Shown here: positions 58,464-64,000 of the stretch, in pieces
Layout of the letters: each line of letters starts with the position of its first letter
Position numbering within the stretch: the stretch's first letter is position 1
Source: a virus
Taxonomy: Duplodnaviria; Caudoviricetes
IMG/VR virus record: IMGVR_UViG_2061766007_000959
Strand: one strand, 5' to 3'
DNA: 64,000 nt
Translations under genes and position numbers: made by a program
The notes under the pieces: generated by a model
Database searches by the model: none
What the model was told of the DNA's origin: nothing
Seen by the model: only the letters and a program-made list of their open reading frames with translations

Positions 58464-59795
58464 ATGACAGCAACATTCTTTTACTCGATAGCAGGTCTGA
58501 AACAGTCGAACACGATTGACGACCTGTTGCACAATATGTCAACGATTGAGTACATAAACCAAAAGGACAGGAACGTAGCCGAATACTGCCTGCAATGCGC
58601 GGAACACGGGAACTATCCGTCGGCTGACTATTTCGTGAACATATACGACAAGCCGAAAACCGTCCTGAAGACAGAGGCTGAAATAGTCCTGCATTTCAAA
58701 GAGTTGGTTGACTTTCACGCGAGACAGGCGGTACAGCGCAACGTCACGACGGCAATAAACGAGACGTCAACGTCGGCTGACCTTCTGACGCGCCTGTCAA
58801 AGATAATCACCGACACAGAGAACGCTAACGACAGCGAGTTCAGTTTCGACGACTGCAAGCCCGAACTGTACGGCGACGTTGACAAGCCGCTCGACAGCGG
58901 ACTTATGACGGGAATCGAGGAACTTGACAAGACGACAAACGGTTTCCAACGGGGTACGGTGGCGAGTATCTGCGGTTTCACGGGACACGGAAAGTCAACG
59001 GCGTGCAACAGCGCGGCGTACCAAAATATCGTAAGCGGAAAGAAAGTCCTGATTATATCAATTGAGTTGCCGCCCGACATGGTTTGGAAACAGTTTGAGA
59101 CGCGCTATATGTTCGAGCGAGAACTCGCCGTTGACGTTCACAACATGGAACATCACACGTTGGACGACAGTGTCGGCAAACAGGTTGTATCATACGAGCC
59201 TGATTTTAAGCGCGACGTAGTTCCCAATCTGTTGGTGATAGACGAATCGAAAATCACGAAAAAGATAATGACCGATTATCGAAAGATAAACAAACTGTTC
59301 AAGGCGGCTGAGCGCAAACTCGGCGGCTTGGACATGGTGATTGTTGACCACGTCGGTCAGTTGGAACTGTTGTACCCTGAGACGGGAAACATAATTCTGA
59401 AACAACTCACGTCAGCGGCTAAGACGTTCAAGAACGAAAACGGGGAAAAGATTGTCATGGTGTGGGCTGTGCAGTGCAACCGCGAGGGCAACAGGCGCGC
59501 GATACGCCGCGAGGGTCAGTATGACTTGCAGGCGATAGCCGACCTTAACGAGGTCGAGCGTTCGTCGTCATACTGTGTGTTCCTGTACACGTCGGACGCT
59601 ATGAAAATAACACAGGAGACGAAAGTGTCTATGCTTAAAAACCGTCTCGGTGTTCCGATTCCTGTCCCGTTTGTCACGTCGTTCACCCCGTCGGTCGTTA
59701 TGGTCGGCAGAAAATTTGACAGGGCGAATATGAGCGACGTTGATTTCTCGTTTACCGAAATGGGCGGTGAGTACGAGGATATACCGCCGTTCTAA
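58464..59795 (+). CDS. dnaB: DnaB-like replicative helicase
   Basis: TGIEELD...GF, GFTGHGKS (Walker A), SIEL, VIVDH, VQCNR, KNR; acidic C-terminus. Confidence 0.88.
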   Translation: MTATFFYSIAGLKQSNTIDDLLHNMSTIEYINQKDRNVAEYCLQCAEHGNYPSADYFVNIYDKPKTVLKTEAEIVLHFKELVDFHARQAVQRNVTTAINETSTSADLLTRLSKIITDTENANDSEFSFDDCKPELYGDVDKPLDSGLMTGIEELDKTTNGFQRGTVASICGFTGHGKSTACNSAAYQNIVSGKKVLIISIELPPDMVWKQFETRYMFERELAVDVHNMEHHTLDDSVGKQVVSYEPDFKRDVVPNLLVIDESKITKKIMTDYRKINKLFKAAERKLGGLDMVIVDHVGQLELLYPETGNIILKQLTSAAKTFKNENGEKIVMVWAVQCNREGNRRAIRREGQYDLQAIADLNEVERSSSYCVFLYTSDAMKITQETKVSMLKNRLGVPIPVPFVTSFTPSVVMVGRKFDRANMSDVDFSFTEMGGEYEDIPPF

Positions 59796-59860
59796 AAAAG
59801 TTTTTTGAATTATTGTGAAAAAACAATATTTTTGTGATACGTTTTTTAAACAAATACGTA

Positions 59861-62128
59861 ATGAGTAAAGATTTTTTGGCAGGTTTAGTTAAAGTCCGCA
59901 ACGGTGAAAACCGAACAGAGAGTTCGGCACGCGGACTTGAAGTCGTGCGGCAGAAGAGAACAGTGCTTGACGACGCTATTACAAATAACAAAAAGACAGA
60001 GTTGCCGCGTGTAAGCGACAAGTCATATTACAAGCCCTCACGCATTTCGCGCATTTCACAGGTCGAGCGTCCTCAGAAGACGCAGTACATTGTGTTGGAC
60101 AGCAGGGCGATTGATGAAATAGCCGAAATGGGCAACGCTCAGAGACGCAAGTTCCTGTCGCGCCTGTCTGACGGTGAGCGTCGCAAGGTTCTGCGCGCGC
60201 TGAACGCCGTGAGGGTTCGTGACGACTTGGAGAACGGCGAGGTTGAGCGTCGGGATTTGAACCGTCAACTCGAACCTCAGGACTTGTATGTAATCAACGA
60301 CCTGTTGACAAAATACGCCTATTCGAGAAAGGACGACGAGTTGAGAATGCTTGAAAGCTACAAGGACATTCTGAACGACAGCGACCCTCAGGAGGCGGCT
60401 GTGTTGGACATTATCAACAAGGTTATCGACAACGAACTCGATATGACAGCCGACGAAGAGGAACTGAACATACTTTACGATTTCTTAGAGGACAACAAGT
60501 TCGAGACCGAATCTTTACAGACCGCGCTGACAATCGCTTTCGGTGACACTATTGACGAGAACGGCGACGGTGTCGTCGGTGACGAGCCTGAGGGTAACGA
60601 ACTCGGTGACGAGGAACTTGATATTGAGGGTGACGACTTGGGTGGTGACGACCTTGATATTGAGGGTGACGAACTCGGCGGCGAGCCTGAGGACGAGACA
60701 CCCGACCTGAACATAAACCTCGGTGATTCACGGAGACGCCAACCGAGACCGATGAAACGCGTCGCTGACAACAGAAACGGGTCAGAGCGTCCTGAAAGAC
60801 GTATCGAGCGCAAGCGTGTCGAGGACACCGCCGAGGAATCGTTCGAGGACGTCGAGGCTTTGATTATAGACGACGCCTACGACCTTGCCGACGATATGCT
60901 GAACGGTCGCGCTATGAACGTGAGCGATTCTATGAACGAAATAGTAGAGCGTTACACGAAACGTTGCGGCGAGCGTGTCCGCGTGAAAGACTGCATGGAC
61001 AGGGCGTTCGCCCACTCAGTGCAGGAAATATCGCTTGAAAAGTCGGCGCACGTACAGAAAGTGAAGGACGATATTATAGACCAAATAGACGAGCAGTTGG
61101 GTGACGAATCAGGCGAGAGCGGTGACGGCAAGACATTGCTCGAAAGTTTGGGTTCGGCGTTAGAGGCGTTCGCGAACGGTGACACGAGCGAGTTGCAGGC
61201 GTTGGCTGACCTGTCCGTTGACGACATAAACCCTGAAGAGGAATCAATAGACGAGGACTTTGAGGGTAACGAACTCGGTGACGAGGAACTTGATATTGAG
61301 GGTGACGGTTTGGAAACGGACATCGAGACAGAGAGCGGCAAGGGTGACGAACTCGGTGACGAGGACGACGAGGAATCTGAGGACGAGGACGAGGATGAAG
61401 ACGACGAGGACAAAAAGGTTGACAAGATAAAACTGAACCTGCACGATTCAGCCGTTATGTTGGCAAAATGGTTGGTCGCAAAGGACAAACGCGCCAACAA
61501 GATTATCGACGCCCTGAAAGACGAGTTGCCGATACTGAAAAAGTACAATTTCAAAATATCCGATTCAGAGTTGATTGAAGAGGAATTTGAACCTGTCGAG
61601 GTTATCGAGCCTTTGCTGAACCGCGAGGAATTTCACTCAGTGTATCAGACACCGCCGTACGTCGGCGAAATGGCTAAGGAATCGAACCCCGTAGAGTGTC
61701 TGTCCGCGACAGCCGTGAACTACGGCGACCTGTCGCCTGTCATTCAGGTTGAGTGCGAGAACGGAACGGTTCAGAATTGGATTCCGATTATGGGTTCGAG
61801 CGAGAATATCGCGGAACAGTTGAACGTTGAGGGCGCGAATGTTGAAAAGATTATTTCCGACAACTGTGTTCCTGCGGAGGACTACTATTCAGCGGCGGCT
61901 AAGACGAACAACTTGGGTATTATAGACAGTAAGTTCTACAAACGCAAGTTGAGTGACGAGTGTTGGGTCTGCGACGACGTTCCTGAGTTCATAAAGGACG
62001 AGGGTGTCGAGGGCGGCGCGATGTTCGCACAAGAGGGACTGACGACTATGCCGAAAGTCGTACCGTCAGGCTCGGTTCTTATTTACGGAACGAAATACAA
62101 CTATTACAATAAATCTAAAAAACAATAA
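59861..62128 (+). CDS. large acidic prohead core/scaffold-like protein with many [VIL]-x-D sites
   Basis: RVSD, RVRD, RVAD, RVED, RVKD, KVKD, KISD, KLSD and similar; acidic low-complexity tracts. Confidence 0.55.
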   Translation: MSKDFLAGLVKVRNGENRTESSARGLEVVRQKRTVLDDAITNNKKTELPRVSDKSYYKPSRISRISQVERPQKTQYIVLDSRAIDEIAEMGNAQRRKFLSRLSDGERRKVLRALNAVRVRDDLENGEVERRDLNRQLEPQDLYVINDLLTKYAYSRKDDELRMLESYKDILNDSDPQEAAVLDIINKVIDNELDMTADEEELNILYDFLEDNKFETESLQTALTIAFGDTIDENGDGVVGDEPEGNELGDEELDIEGDDLGGDDLDIEGDELGGEPEDETPDLNINLGDSRRRQPRPMKRVADNRNGSERPERRIERKRVEDTAEESFEDVEALIIDDAYDLADDMLNGRAMNVSDSMNEIVERYTKRCGERVRVKDCMDRAFAHSVQEISLEKSAHVQKVKDDIIDQIDEQLGDESGESGDGKTLLESLGSALEAFANGDTSELQALADLSVDDINPEEESIDEDFEGNELGDEELDIEGDGLETDIETESGKGDELGDEDDEESEDEDEDEDDEDKKVDKIKLNLHDSAVMLAKWLVAKDKRANKIIDALKDELPILKKYNFKISDSELIEEEFEPVEVIEPLLNREEFHSVYQTPPYVGEMAKESNPVECLSATAVNYGDLSPVIQVECENGTVQNWIPIMGSSENIAEQLNVEGANVEKIISDNCVPAEDYYSAAAKTNNLGIIDSKFYKRKLSDECWVCDDVPEFIKDEGVEGGAMFAQEGLTTMPKVVPSGSVLIYGTKYNYYNKSKKQ
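60589..61307 (+). repeat. 47-nt direct repeat (60589-60635 and 61261-61307) encoding EGNELGDEELDIEGD
   Basis: Identical DNA at both sites. Confidence 0.85.
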
Positions 62129-62132
62129 GGAT

Positions 62133-62699
62133 ATGAAAACAGTTGAAATTTATTCGTTCGACGAATTGGACGAGGCAACACAGAAAAAAGTTATTCAAAG
62201 ATATTACGGTGACGTTTCTGAGGCTTTGGGTGATTTTATAAATGACGATTTTCTTGGCACGTCAAAGGCAATATGTGAACAGTTGGGACTAAAAACAATT
62301 CGCGGAAGTTACGCACAGTTTGAATTGAGTGACCCATCAGCGTATGAATATGTATATTTAAAAACGGACAACAGGGACGAAGACGGTTACGACATATATA
62401 ATGACGACAGTTACGAATCAGTTGTTGCGTGGTTGAATGACAAAAAACAGGGTTTCAAATACCAAGACGATTTGTATTTCACGGGTGCTTACAGTGACGG
62501 TGCGGTTTGCGATTATATCAACAAGGTTTTGAGCGGCGAAGAGCAACCTCAGGATATTGACGAGTTCCTTTCAAAACTAAGCCGTATCTTTGACCGTGCT
62601 TGGGAGGACGAGTTTACTTACGGTTTTGACGACGACACAATTGCTGAAACAATAATCGCTAACGATTGGGAATTTACAGCAGACGGCAAACGGGTTTAA
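62133..62699 (+). CDS. acidic protein of the YxFDEL...N.WEFT.DG family (mobile-element anti-host-type)
   Basis: YSFDELDEATQKK, FTG.Y.D, IANDWEFTADG. Confidence 0.65.
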   Translation: MKTVEIYSFDELDEATQKKVIQRYYGDVSEALGDFINDDFLGTSKAICEQLGLKTIRGSYAQFELSDPSAYEYVYLKTDNRDEDGYDIYNDDSYESVVAWLNDKKQGFKYQDDLYFTGAYSDGAVCDYINKVLSGEEQPQDIDEFLSKLSRIFDRAWEDEFTYGFDDDTIAETIIANDWEFTADGKRV

Positions 62700-62755
62700 T
62701 AAATAACGCCTTTTATGATTACAAAGGTTTACTAACAATTTAAAACAGTAAAGAT

Positions 62756-62890
62756 ATGAATAAGGAAAAGTTTTTAAAGGAACTGAAAAGAACCCGAAGT
62801 CAGGCGGAATCACTGATGTATTCTCTGCATTATCTGTTAGAGGAAACAGTCTATGACGCAAGAGACTATATTGAAAACTTAGAGTATTAA
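62756..62890 (+). CDS. 44-aa helical peptide (absent from ORF track)
   Basis: MNKEKFLKELKRTRSQAESLMYSLHYLLEETVYDARDYIENLEY*, with a typical AT-rich leader. Confidence 0.5.
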   Translation: MNKEKFLKELKRTRSQAESLMYSLHYLLEETVYDARDYIENLEY

Positions 62891-62933
62891 AACGCCTTTT
62901 CAAATTCATAATAAATATTTTATTTGTGTGGTG

Positions 62934-62966
62934 GTGCGGATTCAGTAATGTTTCCGCACTTTTTTT
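62934..62966 (+). terminator. intrinsic terminator
   Basis: GTGCGGA...TCCGCAC plus T7. Confidence 0.75.
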
Positions 62967-62977
62967 ATACATTTTTT

Positions 62978-63058
62978 TATAACAAAGTATTGTTATATTA
63001 AAATTATTTATATATTTGCAACGTCGGAACGATAGTGTTACCGACGGAACTTTAAACA
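62978..63058 (+). promoter_or_regulatory. conserved early-promoter module, copy 5
   Basis: TATAACAA-AGTA-TTGTTATA; TATATTTG at 63011; hairpin CGTCGG-AAC-GATAGT-GTT-A-CCGACG; GAACTTTAAACA. Confidence 0.8.
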
Positions 63059-63067
63059 ATTATAACT

Positions 63068-63307
63068 ATGGCAAGACGAGTAGAAATAGTAAAAGCGGCT
63101 CATAAGTATTGTGACCCGACAAGTGAACCGCAACCAAGTGCTAATTTAGCATTTATAGTAGGTGCGGAATGGGCTGATGAACATCCTTCGTGGAAACCAA
63201 CAGACGAGCAGTTGAACGCATTGCGTCGTGTTTCTAATGGTTGGAGATATAGTCGGCAACTAAAGGAAGAGTTAGCCGCACTCTATGAACAACTTAAAAA
63301 TCTTTGA
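63068..63307 (+). CDS. hypothetical protein
   Basis: AF..GAEWADEHP and WKP.DEQL.AL...LYEQLK.L motifs. Confidence 0.7.
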   Translation: MARRVEIVKAAHKYCDPTSEPQPSANLAFIVGAEWADEHPSWKPTDEQLNALRRVSNGWRYSRQLKEELAALYEQLKNL

Positions 63308-63310
63308 GTT

Positions 63311-63523
63311 ATGCAATTACAAGTTGGAGATATATTTCAGCAGGCGTGGCGTGGCTGTCAAAGACCGATGTGGTTCAAAGTTCTTTTCATCTGCCGTGAA
63401 AAGAACACGGTTAAAGTTGAGTGCCACAGTATTGAGGGCTATGTCCACATTGAAGAATGGGATGACCTTGATTTAACCGAGTCCGCATTTGAAATTGGCG
63501 AATATAAAATGATTGAATTATGA
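63311..63523 (+). CDS. hypothetical protein
   Basis: 70-aa ORF. Confidence 0.6.
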   Translation: MQLQVGDIFQQAWRGCQRPMWFKVLFICREKNTVKVECHSIEGYVHIEEWDDLDLTESAFEIGEYKMIEL

Positions 63524-63726
63524 AAACACATTTATTAAAAAGAATTATTGATAAAAATGAAATGTGGCTTGATTTATGGCAAAAACATTCATTTGACCTG
63601 CTACCGAAAATAACAATCAATATCATCAATAGAAAATTGAGCGAGTTATATATAGGTTGGTTATTTTGGGAGATAAGATATAATATGTCACAAGAAATTG
63701 GTAATACTTGTTTTAAAAGAAAATAA
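63520..63726 (+). CDS. hypothetical protein
   Basis: 68-aa ORF with ATGA overlap. Confidence 0.5.
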   Translation: MKTHLLKRIIDKNEMWLDLWQKHSFDLLPKITINIINRKLSELYIGWLFWEIRYNMSQEIGNTCFKRK

Positions 63727-63729
63727 GTT

Positions 63730-64000
63730 ATGGAAACACACATAGTAAAGTATAAGTTTTTGCATTGCAACAAGCAAAAAAAAATTATAGAACAGATGTA
63801 TGGCAATGAATTTGACAACTTTGTATGTAATCGTGAAAAATATTTAGCGTTTTTGGACAAGGTTGTTGCTGACAATAGAGTAGAGGAATTAAATAATATT
63901 TTAGGAAATAATGATATGAATTGCAAGTATTACCACAATGGCTATCAAGGAGACAAGGTTGTTTCCGACAATAGAGTAGAAGAATTAAATAATATTTTAA
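63730..64000 (+). CDS. partial protein with an internal 16-aa repeat (3' truncated)
   Basis: DKVV[AS]DNRVEELNNIL occurs twice (63856 and 63952). Confidence 0.55.
   Translation, partial: METHIVKYKFLHCNKQKKIIEQMYGNEFDNFVCNREKYLAFLDKVVADNRVEELNNILGNNDMNCKYYHNGYQGDKVVSDNRVEELNNIL

Noticed and set aside
178-63926. Minus-strand and alternative-frame ORFs in the track (e.g. 1542-2102, 42512-43240, 60952-61554, 57172-57585)
   Set aside because: They are shadows of + strand genes with no recognisable motifs.
63856-63999. CRISPR array
   Set aside because: Only two imperfect 48-nt copies, in frame within a CDS, with no cas genes.
1-64000. Genome-wide stop-codon reassignment (as in some crAss-like or Lak phages)
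   Set aside because: Long genes are intact in code 11, and TGA, TAG and TAA all end genes with tight coupling. The MTase TGA is a local case.

Overview
The window is 64 kb of a large tailed dsDNA phage with a contractile (myovirus-type) tail, coded almost entirely on the + strand in the standard genetic code. Repeated TAnnTTTG (-7) promoters and AT-rich leaders point to a Bacteroidota (Prevotella/Bacteroides-like) host. It has three parts. (1) 1-18.4 kb: early/accessory and replication genes, including a MazG-like protein, a PD-(D/E)xK nuclease, an ABC/AAA ATPase, a DnaA-C HTH protein, two DNA methyltransferases, a beta sliding clamp and an SNF2 helicase. (2) 18.5-56.5 kb: a lysis cassette whose peptidase M15 endolysin carries an intein, a mosaic fibre cluster with three glycosyltransferases, and neck, sheath, tube, tape-measure and baseplate genes. 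(3) 56.5-64 kb: tRNA-Glu, a candidate tRNA-mimic ncRNA, a DnaB helicase, a large acidic core-like protein and small early genes. The main unexplained signals are: a dispersed set of proteins sharing a basic leader that ends in [VIL]-x-D, including a polyprotein with repeated 'DSRRVKD' linkers (candidate protease-cleaved capsid-targeting cargo system); a methyltransferase whose DPPY motif is written CCT-TGA-CCA (candidate stop-hop bypass); an intein at the endolysin Zn ligand; a conserved operator/promoter/hairpin/boxA-like leader module; and a ~190-nt tRNA/tmRNA-like RNA. All assignments come from motif recognition by eye. No database search was run.
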